A stretch of DNA of 62,820 bases, filler included, from Chiloscyllium plagiosum (GCF_004010195.1; 3 parts of one record of this genome joined end to end with filler, not necessarily neighbours in it), one strand, 5' to 3'. Counted from the first letter of the whole stretch, positions 24,280-38,008 are shown. Notes: generated by a model from the sequence alone, not told the origin. Numbers and translations are program-made.

Positions 24280-25625
24280 AAATGATGCCTTTCTAAAGTA
24301 AAAACATTTTGCCTCTATGAGGTCCATATCCCTCTATTCCCTGCCCATTCATTTATCTGTCAAGATGTCTCTTCAACATTGCTATTGATCTGCCTACATT
24401 ACCTTCTCTGGCAGTACATTCCAGGCACTTATCACCATGTAAAAAATGTGCTCTAACATCTCCTTTAAACTTACCCCTTTTACCTTAAAACTAACACTCC
24501 CTAGTAATTCACATTTCTACCCAGGGCAAAACATTCCGAATCCATTCTTATATATGCCTCTCATAATCTTGTAAATCTCTATCAGGATGACCCTCATCTT
24601 TTGATGTTCACGTGAAAATAAACCAATTTTGTCCAATCTCTCCTCAAAGCAATTCCCTCTAAACCAGGGAACATACTGGTAAACATTTTCTGTAACCTTT
24701 CCAAAGCCTCCACATCTTTTTTGGAGTGTGATAACCAGAACTATTCACAATATTCCAATGTGGCCTAACGAAAGTTTTTTTCAGCTGCAACATGACTTGC
24801 CAATTTTTATGCTCTTATTTTTCATACAATGAATGCAAGCCTTCTTGACCACCTTATCAACCTGCGTTCCCACTTTCAAGAAACTATGGACTTGTATACT
24901 TAATAAAACCATCGAAAGCAATCAAAGAGTTCTGCCACTTTCTGTGTATTTCCCTCCTGCATTTGATCTTCTAAAATGCATCACCTCATACTTGTCTGGA
25001 TTAATGCCGTCTCCACCCAAGGCTCCAATCCAAGGCTCCTGAAGAAGGGCTTTTGCCCGAAACGTCGATTCTCCTGTTCCCTGGATGCTGCCTGCCTGCT
25101 GCGCTGTTCCAGCAACACATTTTCAGCTCCAATCTATATCCTGCTGTATCCTTTGGCAGTCCACCTCGCTAAGCACAGCTCCCCCAATGTTTGTGTTATT
25201 TGCAAATTTATTAATAAGGCCAATTACTTCTCCAAATATTTTATATATACTACAAAAAAAAAAGGAATCTCAGCGGAACACTTCTGATCATAGATCTTCA
25301 GTCTGAAAAATACCCTTCACCATTATTCTGACTATGACTAAGCCAATTCTGCATCCATCTTACCTGCTTATTGCAGATCCGCTGGGACTTCACCGTTTGT
25401 ATTAGCCTGCCAAGACGGACTTTGTCAAAAGCCTTGCTGAAGTCCATGTAGACAAATCTACTGCTCTGCCCTCAATCATTTTTATTTACTTCCTCAAAAA
25501 ACTCAAACAAGTTTGTGAGACACAGACTTCCCATACAAAGCCATGCTGCTTATCATTAACAAGTCCATATTTTTCCAAATGTGAATAAATCCTATTCCTA
25601 ATAATCTTCTCCAGTAATTTCCCAT
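24280..25625 (-). mobile_element. Degenerate CR1 ORF2
   Basis: KLLEKIIRNRIYSHLEKYGLVNDKQHGF; DFSKAFDKV-like sequence at 25420-25450. Confidence 0.8.
25031..25125 (+). mobile_element. Short PLE repeat (family A) with intact HHR core and 9-bp TSD
   Basis: gctccaatc at 25022-25030 and 25126-25134; ctgaagaagggcttttgcccgaaacgtcgatt. Confidence 0.8.
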
Positions 25626-27579
25626 GAATAATATCCATGAATATTTTTAAAGCAGAAGTAGATAGATTCTTGTTAACCAAAGGCAAAAGGTTAATGGGAG
25701 AGATGGGAATGCATTACAATCAGGTCAGTCGTGATCTTAATGTATGACAGACCAGGCTCATGGGTTTGAATGACTTTTGCCTGCTCCTGACTTATGCATG
25801 TAACTCAACAGAATATAGGTGTTCCCACATTATTCAGCCATGATTAATTAAACCTTAAGTAACTACCTAGAAGTTGTAAACCCCTAGGAGAGTAGGTACA
25901 ATTAAAATACAAGCGATGAGGTGTAACAAAACTGTTAATTAGGAAATTTGGCTATTCCACTGATGCAAAAAACAAACCTTGTCAAAAACAATTCTTTCAA
26001 AGATTAAGTTCTTCCAGTGACTGTTTGATGTGTGGAGGAAATGTTTTGCAGATCTAAAGTGTTTGGACAATCCAAACAGTGACACTTTAGGTAAATCTGA
26101 GTTGGAAGGGAGTCTGACCTCTCCACATAACCACCCACATAGCACAATTTTCCAAACAGTGAACTTAATTGATGATTCATTTCTCAAAACAACAATTCAC
26201 AACAGCTTGTTGATGAATCAAATAAGAATGATAATTTCTCTGATGTGGAAAGAGGAAGCAATGAGCGCTCCCTGGTGTTAAGGAATAAATCAAGAACAAA
26301 TTTGGTATCAGCACACACAGAATTAAATGTGGAAATCAGAAAATTCATTTGTTCTTCCAAAAACACTGGTAAAACACCGGTATCACATGTTTGAATGCAG
26401 AATCACTAGGAAATCAAAGCAAGTAGTGTGTTATTTCCCCACCAGATAACAACTCGGCATGCCAGAAAAAAGTCCTACATGTCCATTCAAATTTATTTGA
26501 ACTGATTAGTTCCAAATAACCAATCTGGCACTGGAAGCTGTATTTACAAGAGTGCAGTACACTCTTATTTATATTCATTATTTAAGATGTTAATTATTAC
26601 TCCATAATGTTGAAAATTAAATTACAATATACTCTATTTGTCAACTGTTATCTTTCGGTTTTGCTTTCATACAATGCTTTCATTGTTTTCTATTTTGTTT
26701 AATTCGCATTGAGTCAAATATTCTAACCAATACATCTCAGTTTAAATGCAATGGAGCTACATTGTGCACCATTACTTTATCAGTGACAGATATGCACTGG
26801 TTGCATGGGCTGTCTATTCTGCATACTTATGGAGGACATTCACTATGCACTTACACCCTCACCATTGTGGGTTATATTAGAGTTGGGTTGCCGATGCAAA
26901 TTTGGAACAGTGAGGACAGTCATAGTGCCAAAAAGAAAAGACAACTGATGTCAGTATCAATTTGTTAAAACACAAAGAGCTTATGGAGAATTTACTAGCC
27001 TTCTCCTTCCTTGACCAACATTGCACCCTCATCTCTCATTAAAGATTCTTCAACCTGGATGACTAAGTGTAACCAAACTGCTTGACTATTTACAACGATT
27101 TCACACTTTCTCTAAAAGATGTCAGGCTTACATTGCTTTCCAATTAACACAAGTCTGTGCAGGTGTAATGAATTGCTGGTCCCATTCATTTACTGGTGAC
27201 TGCAAAATCTGAGCCAATATGATCCTATGTTCACAGCTCCTCATGCAACAAATCTACAACCTAAATGAGTGTGAATGGCAGCCTCGAAATTCCAAGTTAA
27301 ATCAGGTCAAAGCCTTTTACTCCTTCATCAATGATTATACAGTAGCTTCGATAAAGGTCAAATAATTAGCCACTTCACTAACCTCACACAATTGAGCAAA
27401 AGTTGATATCAGAAACTGAAATGACTGAAGAACATCATAAAGACAATATTCCATCTGCTGAAAAACTGAGACAAACAGAACGCTGTAGAAACTCAGCAGG
27501 TCTGGCAGAATCCATGGAAAGAGAAACAGAGTTAACATTTTGAGTCTGTTATGACTTTTTCAGAACTGGACACACGAGA

Positions 27580-28800
27580 ACTCACATTCAGAACTCCTTC
27601 ACCCTTGTGTGCAAAAGTGCTTCCCAATATCTCTCCTGAATGGTCTGGCCCTAACCTTTAGACTATGCGTCCTAGTTCTGGAATCTCCAACTAGTGGAAA
27701 TAATTTATTTTTTATCTACCCTGCTTTTCCTGTGAATATTTTGAAGACTTCAATCAGATCACTCCTTAACGTTCTAAATTCTAGAATCTCTTCTCGTAAC
27801 TCTGCATTGCACTCCCTCCAAGGCCAATATGTTCCACCTAAGGTCTGCTTACTGTACTTTAAGTATTGTTTAACCAGGGTTTTGTCTGACTAGAGCATAA
27901 CTTCTGCATTGTTTTACTCCAAACCTCTAGATATAAAGGCTAGCAGTCCATGAGCGAACATGATTATTTTCTGCACCTGCTCGTCACTTTTATCAGAGCA
28001 GTCAGTTCCTTTGTCCAGATCATTAATGGATAATGTGAATAGTTGCGGTCCCAATACTAACTCCTGTCGAACTCCACTAATCACCAGCTGCCATTCTGAA
28101 AAAGACACCTCTATCCCTATTCTCTGCCTTCTGCCAGTCAGCCAATCATCTATGCCTTGCCCCTAACACCGTGGGCTCTTATCTTATTTGGCAGCTTCCT
28201 CTGTGGCACCTTGTCAAAAGCCTTCTGGAAATCCAAATAGGTCACATCTGCTGGGTCTCCTTTGTCTAACTTGCTTGTCATCTCCTCAAAGAATTCTAAC
28301 AAATTTGTCAGGCATGACCACATTTTGACAAAGCCGTGCTGACTCTGCCCTATTTTACCATGCACTTGCAAGTACTTTGTAATCTCATCCTTAATAATGG
28401 ACTCTAAAATCTTACCAATGACTACATCAAGCTATTTGGCATATACTTTTCTGTCATCTGCCTCTCTCCCTTCTTAACAGGAGTATTACTTTAGCCACTT
28501 TCCAGTTCACTAAAACCCTACTGATGCCAGTAATTCCTGAAAGATCAAAACCAAACTGCTACAATCTCCTCAGCTACCTACTTCAGAACTCTGGGATGTT
28601 GTCCAGGAGATTTCTTCACCTTCAGACTTTTCAGCTTCTCCAGCATCTTCTCCTTCATGATGGCCACTCCCCTCTACCCCCTAACTCTTGAAGTTCTGGT
28701 ATGTTGCTGGTATCTTCCACTGTGAAAACTGATGCAAACTATTCACTTTCTCTAACTATTTCTTTGCTCCCATGACTATTTCACCAGCCTCACTTTCCAA
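27580..28800 (-). mobile_element. Degenerate CR1 ORF2 RT
   Basis: SQHGFVKMWSCLTNLLEFFE..YLDFQKAFDKVP; SGVRQELVLGPQLFTLSINDLD. Confidence 0.9.
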
Positions 28801-29117
28801 TAGCAACACCTCCCTACTTTTATACTCTATCCTTTTTGCAATAAATGCCAAAATTAATTTGTCTTCCTTATTACAGGCTGCTCCTGCATATTGATTTTAT
28901 GAAAATAACAACACTAAGCCTCATATGCGAACTACCACCATCTTCCTTGTGGTGCTGCTATTCAATGGAGCTATTAGGCTTTGATTGTTCAGCAGATCTC
29001 AGAGGTAGAAACTTATGTACCTAGATTGATTGATTCTGTGAAAGGCCCTCTGCTGTCCACTCTAAAAGGGGCCAGATATACCCATGTCGGGCATTATTTA
29101 ATGCAGGCAATGTCTGC

Positions 29118-29357
29118 TTTAATCCCAACCTCACCATCAAGCCAGCGGATAAAGGGGGCGCAGTGGTAGTCTGGCGCACTGACCTCTACACCGCTGAAGC
29201 CAAACGCCAACTCGAGTACACCTCTTCCTACTGCCCACTCGACCATGACCCCACCCCCCATCACCAAACCATCATCTCCCAGACCATACAGAACCTCATC
29301 ACCTCAGGAGATCTCCCACCCACAGCTTCCAACCTCATAGTCCAGGAACCCCGCACT
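29118..29357 (+). mobile_element. Penelope-like element RT N-terminal fragment, runs into gap
   Basis: NPNLTIKPADKGGAVVVWRTDLYTAEAKRQLEYTSSYCPLDHDPT; no stops. Confidence 0.9.
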
Positions 29358-29457
29358 NNNNNNNNNNNNNNNNNNNNNNNNNNNNNNNNNNNNNNNNNNN
29401 NTTAATTAATTAANNNNNNNNNNNNNNNNNNNNNNNNNNNNNNNNNNNNNNNNNNNN
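29358..29457. other. Assembly gap with artificial TTAATTAATTAA spacer
   Basis: 44 N, TTAATTAATTAA (29402-29413), 44 N; same pattern at 56392-56491. Confidence 0.95.
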
Positions 29458-32230
29458 GTGTTTAGAGCTGTCCTAAGGGCCGTAATCCTTTGTAATTTAA
29501 TAATAGAAGGTCTATCAGTGTATGCTGTTTCAGCTGCTTTTAAGCGAGCTTCAAGCAGATGCTGTTGTTCTCCCTTCAGTTTTTTCTGGGTCGCTGAGTA
29601 GGAGATGATCAAACCTCGCATGTAAGCTTTGATGGTCTCCCACATCATTGATGGGTTGCTAGCCGTACCTGAATTAATTTCTAAAAAGTTTTAAATTCTT
29701 GAGAGAAGTACTTTATAAATTTACTATCTTTCATTAGGAAGGGGTCCATACACCAATGCCGAGGGGATGTCCCATTGTTCCTCGCCTTAGTTTCCATATA
29801 TACAGCAGCGTGGTCGGAAATTGCTATACTACCTATTTTACAGGATGGTATGGAATTTTAAAAAATTGAGGGGGCAAAAATCATTTCAATTCTGGTATGA
29901 CATTTATGTGGATTGGAGTAGAAAGAAAAATCTCTGCCCTGTGGATGAAGACATCTCCATACATCTACTAATCCTAATTCTTTGTTCAGATCCACCAATT
30001 GTCTAGATCTGGGAGATACCCCTGCAGTACTCTTGGGAATCCTATCTATTTCCGGATCCATAATACAATTAAAGTCTCCCCCTATAATTGTATGACGGGC
30101 ACCAAAAGCCATTAATTTTGAAAAGATTTCCATTATAAATTTAAAAGGGTGTGCCGGGGGGCAGTACAAATTTAAAATCCCATATTCCTCTCCATTTATA
30201 AGGGCTTTAATCAAAATATATCGTCCAGATTCGTCTTTTATCTGATTTAGGATTTTGAAAGGGAAATTCTTCCGAACAAGAATAACAACTCCCCTGCTTT
30301 TTGAGCTCAAATCCACCCTGTCGTAATTTCAAGTGTTCTTTATCCGACAGGTGTGTCTCCTGTAGGAGAGCTATATCAACTCTTTCTTTCTTAAGATTTG
30401 ATAATATTTTCTTCCTTTTGACTGGCGAATTACTCCCCTTGACATTCCAGGTGCACCACTTGACCGACTGATCAACCATAATCATCTGGGCAAATCCGAG
30501 ACCCCTCGGGAGGAGAAACCCCATCCAGGACATCCCAAGCATAGAGTATATAAAATTTACAAAATAAAGGCTCTCTAATACACTCACAACAGTATAATAA
30601 AAAACTATTTCTAAATAAAAAAAATATAAAACGTATCTAAGTGGAGATTTTCCCCCTTGTTCCCAGGGGGTGTCACTTCCTCTCCAAAAGTCCATCATAT
30701 CCTCTCCCAACCAATGCCCCACCCTTGACCCAGGCGCTCCTCAATAAAATGAGGAGAATTCAGATATAATATAAAGCTAGAGTTAACAGTGAACACCCTA
30801 CCCCCACCCATACCAACACCTGGATATATTTGGTAATGTTAATACCATATATAAACATATAACTATAAAATTACAACCTCAACAAATAATAATTAAATAT
30901 AATAATACAAAATAACAAGGGAGAAACAACCCCGCTCCTAAAGGCAGTGGTAAAATAGAATAAGGTAACCACCTCCTCCCACCAACATTAACCAAGCCCC
31001 AACACACATATACATACATACCCACATATATACATAAAATACTAAAAGAAAACAACCCCAAGGAGCGGGAGAAAATCAAATCCCTCTCCCCACCCCCTAT
31101 GATAATATTAAACAGTAAGGTAAGAAAAAGGAAAAAAAAGGGGGGGGGGATATAAACCAAAGCGGGGGAAAAGGCAAACCAACATCCATTATCTCTTACA
31201 ATTTATCTAAGAGAGTCCAAGAATTCCTTAGCCGTTTCTGGTGATCCGAAGTTATACACAGATCATTCATGGTTAAAGCGTAGCGTCGCTGGGTAGCGTA
31301 AGGAGTACTGAATATTTAAGTCCCTTAAACGCTTCTTCGCCTCATCGAATGCCTTCCTCTTTTGGGCCAGAGCTGGGGAAAAGTCCTGGAATAACATGAT
31401 CTTGAATCCTTTATAGATCATAGCTTGGGGGTCTTTTCCAAGATTTCTAGAAGCTTCTCGGAGTATCTGCCTCTCCTATAGCTCTGCAGCCGGAACAGGA
31501 CCGGGTGTGGGTGCTGGTTCGAGCCGGGTCCGTGTATTGCGACCCGGTAGGCCCATTCCACCCTTACCTGGCCTGATCCAGCTTCCAGATTTAAAAGCTG
31601 TGGCAGCCACTGCTCGAGGAATGCTGTAAGCTGGCCTTCCTCTTCCCGTTCGGGAAGGCCCAGCAAACGAATATTTTTTCGACAACCTCGATTATCGAGG
31701 TTGTCAATGTAATTCTCTCAGGTCCGGACTCGCTATTCGAGAGTCCGGACATCATCCACGGCTGATTGCGCTGCAGTTTCGGAGGTCGCGGCCTTTAACT
31801 CAGCCCCTCCAACTCGGCGCTCGATTTCCTGGATGTCTCGGTCGTGCTTCTGCAGCGCGGCCGAGAGTGAGTCCCATCGATTTCGAGATTCTTCGATAAA
31901 AGCTTCGATCTTCGCATCCAGTTTGGAGATCATTTGTACAAGGCTTGTCACTGTAGGTAAGTTCCCCGGGGCAGCTGTGGATGCCTCAGCTGCAGCTGGA
32001 GAGGGTGGGGAAGGGGGTCCTGCTTGCTGAGAGCTGTGGGGTTCCTTTCCTTTGGTCATTTTTACGAAATATTAGATTGTTTAAATTTAATATTAAACAG
32101 CTAATTAAATTAAGCAGCTATTATAAATGATTTGGTGAGTGTGGTGGGGGTGGGTGACCCACTTTACCCAAGTCTTGGGAGGAGCACTATAGACTGAGAC
32201 TTGCTGGGTCGCCGCCATCTTGGATCCCCC
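29458..32230 (-). mobile_element. L1-clade LINE, 5' portion (5' UTR, ORF1, spacer, ORF2 endonuclease), lightly frameshifted
   Basis: ORF1 32059 to about 31200 (coiled coil, DNRGCRKNIRLLGLPE, QDFS, LRYPA); ORF2 from 30479 (TWNVKG, LLQETH, GGDFN, DVWR, SDHA, WETIKAYMRG). Confidence 0.9.
32211..32223 (-). promoter_or_regulatory. YY1-type site at the L1 5' terminus
   Basis: CCAAGATGGCGGC immediately after the GGGGGAT 5' end of the element. Confidence 0.6.
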
Positions 32231-33170
32231 CAGAATCCTGTCTTTAACCCTGCATTCAACATTCAAATTCAACCTTCCAAAATGAATCATTTTGCATTTA
32301 GGTTGTCTCCATCTGCCACTTCTCAGCCCAGCTTGGCATTCTGCCAATGTCTTGTTGTAGCCTGCAACAGCCCTTACCACTAACTACAACATCACCGACA
32401 TTTGTGTTATCAGCAAACTTACTAACCCACCCTTCCGCTTCTTCATCCAAGTCATGTATGTAAACTACAATAGCAAAGGCCCAAGAACAGGTCCTTGCAG
32501 GACACCACTAATCACCGACCTCGCTGCCTTCTTTCAGCCACCCAATCTATATCCAGACAGAATGTCCCTGTATCACGTGCCACCTTACTTTCTGAATGAG
32601 CCTATCGTGGGAACGTTATCAAATGCCTTACTGAAATCCATATGTACTACATCCACTGCTTGATCTTCTTCAACCTGTCTCGTCATATCCTCAAAGAACT
32701 CAATAAGGCTTGTGCAGCATGACTTGCCCCTCACCAAGTAATGCTGACTATCTTTAATCAAACTATGTTTATCCAAATAGTCATAAATCCTACCTCTCAG
32801 AATCCTTTCTAGAACCTTACTTACCACAGACGTAAGACTGACTGGTCTGTAATTCCCAAGGATTTCCCTATTCCCCTTTTTGAACAAAGAAACAACATTT
32901 GCCTCCCTCCAATCATCTGGTATTACTCACGTGAAGAGTGAGGATGCAAAGATCATTGCACAGTAATCTCATTCCTCACTTCCCGTAGTAACCTTGGATA
33001 TATCTGGTCCAATCCTGGAGACTTATCTATCTTGACACTTCCCAGAATTTCCAGCACATCCACTTTCTTGATATCAGTCTGTTCAAGCCTATCAACCTGT
33101 CCCATGGTGTTGTTACTATTAACAAGATTCCTCTCTCTCTAGTGAATACTGAAGCAAAAAACTCATTTCA
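32231..33170 (-). mobile_element. CR1 ORF2 fragment (host of the L1 insertion)
   Basis: FKKGNREILGNYRPVSLTSVVSKVLERIL..MDFSKAFDNVP. Confidence 0.9.
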
Positions 33171-33319
33171 CATGATTTTTTCATGTTTGCATTTGTCTCT
33201 TCCTAACTGCCTCTTGGCATCATTGTCAAAGTAGTTGCCTTGAAATGCTGACATTTCCTCTTGTTTTGTGAGCCTACATTTCCATCATCCCGTATCCTCC
33301 TCCCCTGTAATTTATTTTT

Positions 33320-34200
33320 AGGAGACCTCTCTCCAAACTAGGTATTCAATTTGTCTGGCCATTGGTCACAGAACTGTTCAAATGAAGCCTGTCCCACTGG
33401 AACAATTCCTTTCCACCCAAGTACTGGTGCCAGTGCTCCACAAACTGAAACCCAATCCACCTACACTAAACTTTGAGCCAAGCATTTATCTCCTTTACTT
33501 TGCTTACCCTGTAGCAATTTGCCAGTGGCTCAGGTAATAACCCTGGGATTCTCACCTTGGAGATTCTGCATAATCATTTAGCTCTTGTTCAAAATCTTCA
33601 GCAGAACCACCTGCCCAGTCCCATCAATGTCATGAGTAATAATGTGGATCACAACAATTTGATCCCTTCTCTTTCAGTCCAAGTTTCTGTCGGCCCCAGG
33701 AAAATATCCTGAACCCTGGCACCAGGACAGCAACTCAGCCTTCAGGACTCAGGCTCACTGCTGTGCAAAACAGTGTCTATACCATAATTACACAATCTGC
33801 TCCCATCACTATTTCCTCCTCCACACTACTCTCTTGAATGGCTCTCTGTATGACTCTCATTCCCTCAAATTGCAAGAACCTTATTATTGTTGAGAAATTG
33901 CAGCGATTGAGGCTCCTCAAGAGCTCCCATTTGAGTCCCAATACTGGTCTCACCCACAATCCTTCCTTTAGTTCCTGATCACAGACAAGTTCACATGACT
34001 AAATTTAAGGGGTGTGGCTGCCTCCTGGAGGTAAATTTCATCCTTCCTCTGGCAGTGCAATGTCTGCTGTTCAGATTCCAAGCCCTCAACTCTGATCCAT
34101 AGCTACTTAAGCTGCAAATTCTTGCTACAGATATGATCACTGAGGATTATCTTGGTCTTCAGCAACTTTTGCAGTTGCAATGCATCATCCACCCTGTATC
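33320..34200 (-). mobile_element. Degenerate CR1 ORF1 (esterase) region
   Basis: accctggcaccaggacagc (CCPGARV-like) and gtactggtgccagtgctcca (HWHQYL-like) on the minus strand. Confidence 0.5.
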
Positions 34201-34624
34201 TCTATCATGTTGAATTGTTAGTTAAAATTACTCTTGTATTCCTGCCCTTTAAACCTATTGTATTTTTTTCCCCTTTGTTAATGCACTAGTATCATAATGT
34301 CATGGAGATTCAGAGGTTTACGCCACAGAAAAGGCTCTTTGACCCATCACACCAGTCAAAAGCAATCACCTAACTATTCTAACACCATAGCCCAAAACCA
34401 TTTTATGCCTTAGCATCACACATGCATATATAAAGACTTCATAAATATGATGAGGTTTTCTGCCTCTACCACCCTTGCAGGCAACCTTATACCTAATAAG
34501 GAAAACAAAATTCTCCGACTTTCTGTTACCTACAAACTTAGAGATGTTACATTTAGTTCCCACATCTAAATCGCTAACATATATTATCAATAACTAGGGT
34601 GCAATGCAATGTGACCTTGTAACG

Positions 34625-35213
34625 CAATGATTTTTTAAATACTTTTATCAATCTAGTCTCCTGTATTTCCTGCTGAAATTATCTCCTTTACATTAGCGTC
34701 ACCGACTACAAATTGGGTGACTGCTTTGCAGGACGCCTCCAGTCAGTCATTAGGAATGACATTGACTTTTCAGTGATTTGCCATCTTGTTCCTGAGCTAA
34801 CACTTCCATCTTAGACCTGCTGCAGTGTTGCGAAGAAGCTCACTGTAAGCTGAAGGGACTGCACCTTATTTTCCCCTTAGACATTTTACACCTTTCAGGA
34901 CTCAATATTGAATCCTATCTCCTCACCCAGTGTCTTGTGTGCATGGATTGTTCTCAGCACAACAGACCTATTTTCTACTGTTCACACTTGTAATTTATTC
35001 CAATTTTGCATCTATGTTCTCTTTCACTAGCATTGACACTCTTTTATTTGTTTCTCTCTGGGCACCCTCACCATTTCTTCCATGAGATCCTCCTCCCTCT
35101 TTATCGTAAGCCCCCTATTTTCCAGCTCCTTTCAGTTTCAAAGCAGGGTCATGGACTCAAAAGGTGTACTCTGTTTCTCTCTCCACAGATGCTCACAAAC
35201 CTGCTGAGGTTCT
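34625..35213 (+). mobile_element. Degenerate PLE GIY-YIG end and terminal repeat (family C)
   Basis: ttgggtgactgctttgcaggacgcctcc (LGDCFA); same family as 54665-55690. Confidence 0.6.
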
Positions 35214-35214
35214 G

Positions 35215-35518
35215 AAATCATAGAATCTCACAATGTGGAAGCAGGCCCTTCGGACCAGCAACCCTTCAAAGAGCATTTCATCCAGGCCCACCCCACTATC
35301 CTATCACTGCATTTCCCCGGCTAATCCACTTTACCTTCCTTTTATATTATCCACAATTTGCATGGTCAACCCACCTAACCTGCACATCTTTGGACTGTGG
35401 GAGGAAACCAGAGCACCCGGAGGAAATGCATTCAGATATGGGGTGTCTGAAGGGTGAAAATGAACCTGGGTCCCTGAGGCTGTGACGTAGCACTGCTGAC
35501 CACTGAGCTATCGTGCTA
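35215..35518 (-). mobile_element. HE1-like V-SINE variant
   Basis: cctgcacatctttggactgtgggaggaaaccagagcacccggaggaaa. Confidence 0.8.
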
Positions 35519-37249
35519 CTCGTGCTGACGTATTCTAAAAAAAAAATTGATAACAGAGGCAATTGCTGATTCAGACAAGATAACAGGTTTATTCTCCCAG
35601 TGTAACAGTGATTGCAGCTCCCTAAATTTTAAGATAGCTATGAACAAGGATAAATCAGGATCTTGTGACAAGAATTGAATTGGGCGAGGGCAAATTCTTT
35701 CATTATTAGGCAGGATGTAGGGAGTGTTAATTGGGAGAAGCTGTTAAAGACCTGCTGGTGAGAGTTCAGGACGGGCATGTTCCAAAAACGAGGAAGGACA
35801 AGATGGCAAAGTAAGGGGCCCTTGAGTAATTAGAGAGGTTATGAATTTGGTCAAAAGGGAAAAAGAAACATATGTGTGGTTGAGGAAGTGAAAATTGGAC
35901 GGCCCATGAGGAATATAAAGAAAGCAGGGTACTGGAAGAACAAGAAAAGGCCATGAAATGACGTTGGCAAATAGAATTGAAGAGAATCCCAAGGCATTCT
36001 ATAAATGCATTAAAAACAAGAAGATAACTAGGGAGAAGGTAGGACCACTCAAGGATAAAGGAGGGAACTTGTGCTTGAAGACTGAGGATGTGGGTGAGAT
36101 CCTGAATGAATACTTTGCATCGGTATTCACCCAGGAAAAGGATATGGTGGATAGTGAGATTTGTGTAGAGCATGCTAATATACTAGGGCATTTTGACACC
36201 AAGAACAAAAGGTCTGTTTTCATGTTGTACATCTCTATGACTCTAAGTGGTATTTGGTCTCTTGAAGAGCATTAAGATGGATAGGTCCCCAGGGCTCGAT
36301 GGTATCTACCCAGGCTATTGCGAGAGGGAAGAGAGGAGATTGCTAGGACTTAAACAAGATCTTTGCATCGTTGCTAGCCACTGCAGAGGCCCCAGAGGAC
36401 TGGTGAGTAGCTAATATTGTTCCATATTGAAGAAGAGAATTACGGATAATTCAGTAAACTATAGACGGATGAGTCTCACATCAGCGGTTAGGAAGCTATT
36501 GGAGAGAATTCTTGGAGATAGGATTTACTCACATTTGGAAAGGTGTGGCCTAATTAGAAGCAGTCTGCATGATTTTGTGCTGGGCAGGTCATATTTGACT
36601 AACGACTGAATTTTTCGAATGAGTGACAAAAGTGATTGATGAGAGTAGACCAGTGGATATTGTCTACATAGATGTTAATCAGGTTTTTGACAAGGTCCCT
36701 TATGGTAGCCTCATCCAGAAGATTAAGATGCATGGGATCCATGGTGTCTTGGCTGCATAGATTCAGAATTGACTTGCCCATAGAAGGCAGAGGTTAGTGG
36801 TGGAAGGTTGTTTTTTAGGTTGGAGGTCTGTGACTAGTGGTGTTCCACAGGGATCCATACTGTTTGTGCTATATATTAATGACTTGGATGAAAATGTAGG
36901 TGGATAGGTTAGTTAGTTTGCAGACGATACAAAGATTGGTAGAGTTGTGGATAGTGTAGAGGGTTGTCAAAGATTACAGCAGGATATGGATCAGTTGCAG
37001 ATATGGGCAAAGAAATGGCAGATAGAGTTTAATCTGGGTAAGTGTGAAATGTTGTACTTCAGGAGATCAAATGTTTAGGAAAAGTATACAGTTAATGACA
37101 GGACCCTGAACACCATCGATATACGGAAGGATCGTGGGGTTCAAGTCCATAGCTCCCCAAAAGTGGCCATGTAAGTAGATAGGGTGGTAATGAAGACGTA
37201 TGGCATGCTTGCCTTCATTGGTCAGGAAATTGAGTAGAAGAGTCAGGAT

Positions 37250-37452
37250 TGAAAATGTGTTGCTGGAAAAGCGCAGCAGGTCAGGCAGCATCCAAGGAGT
37301 AGGAGAATCGACGTTTTGGGCATGAGCCCTTCTTCAGGCTCATGCCCGAAACGTCGATTCCCCTGCTCCTTGGATGCTGCCTGACCTGCTGCGCTTTTCC
37401 AGCAACACATTTTCAGCTCTGATCTCCAGCATCTGCAGTCCTCACTTTCTCC
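37250..37452. mobile_element. Fold-back PLE repeat (family A) with 15-bp TSD
   Basis: TSD tagaagagtcaggat at 37235-37249 and 37453-37467; near-perfect inverted arms centred on HHR helix II. Confidence 0.92.
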
Positions 37453-37720
37453 TAGAAGAGTCAGGATGTCATGTTGCAGCTTTATAAGACTTTGGTTAGG
37501 TCACTCTTAGAGTACTGCATTCAGTTCTGGTTGCCACATTACAGGAAGGATGTAAAGGCTTTAGAGAGGTGCAGAAGGGTTTACCAGGATGCTGCCTGGA
37601 TTAGAAGGTATGAACTATCAGGAGAGGCTAGAAAAAAACAGGTTGTTTTCTCTGGAGTGGCAGAGGCTGAGGGGAGACTTGCTAGAAATCTACAAAAGTA
37701 TGAAATGCATAGATAGGGTT

Positions 37721-38008
37721 GATTAGATTCCCTACAATGTGGAAACAAGCCCTTTGGCCCAACAAGTCCACACCGACCCTCTGAAGAGTAACCCACCCAG
37801 TCCCATTTCCCTCTGACTAATTCACCTAACACAACAGGCAATTTAGCATGGCCAACTCACCTGCCCTGCACACCTTTGGACTGTGGGACAAAATCGGAGC
37901 AGCCGGAGGAAACCCACACAGACACAGGTAGAATGTGCAAACTCCACACAGCCAGTCGCCCGAGACCAGAATTGAACATGGGACCCTGATGCTGCAAAGC
38001 AGCAGTGC
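37721..38008 (-). mobile_element. HE1-type V-SINE
   Basis: V-domain and (gatta)n tail on the minus strand. Confidence 0.88.

Noticed and set aside
29402..29413. TTAATTAATTAA palindrome inside N runs (also 56436-56447)
   Set aside because: Artificial six-frame-stop scaffolding spacer. It is not biological, and adjacency across these gaps is unverified.
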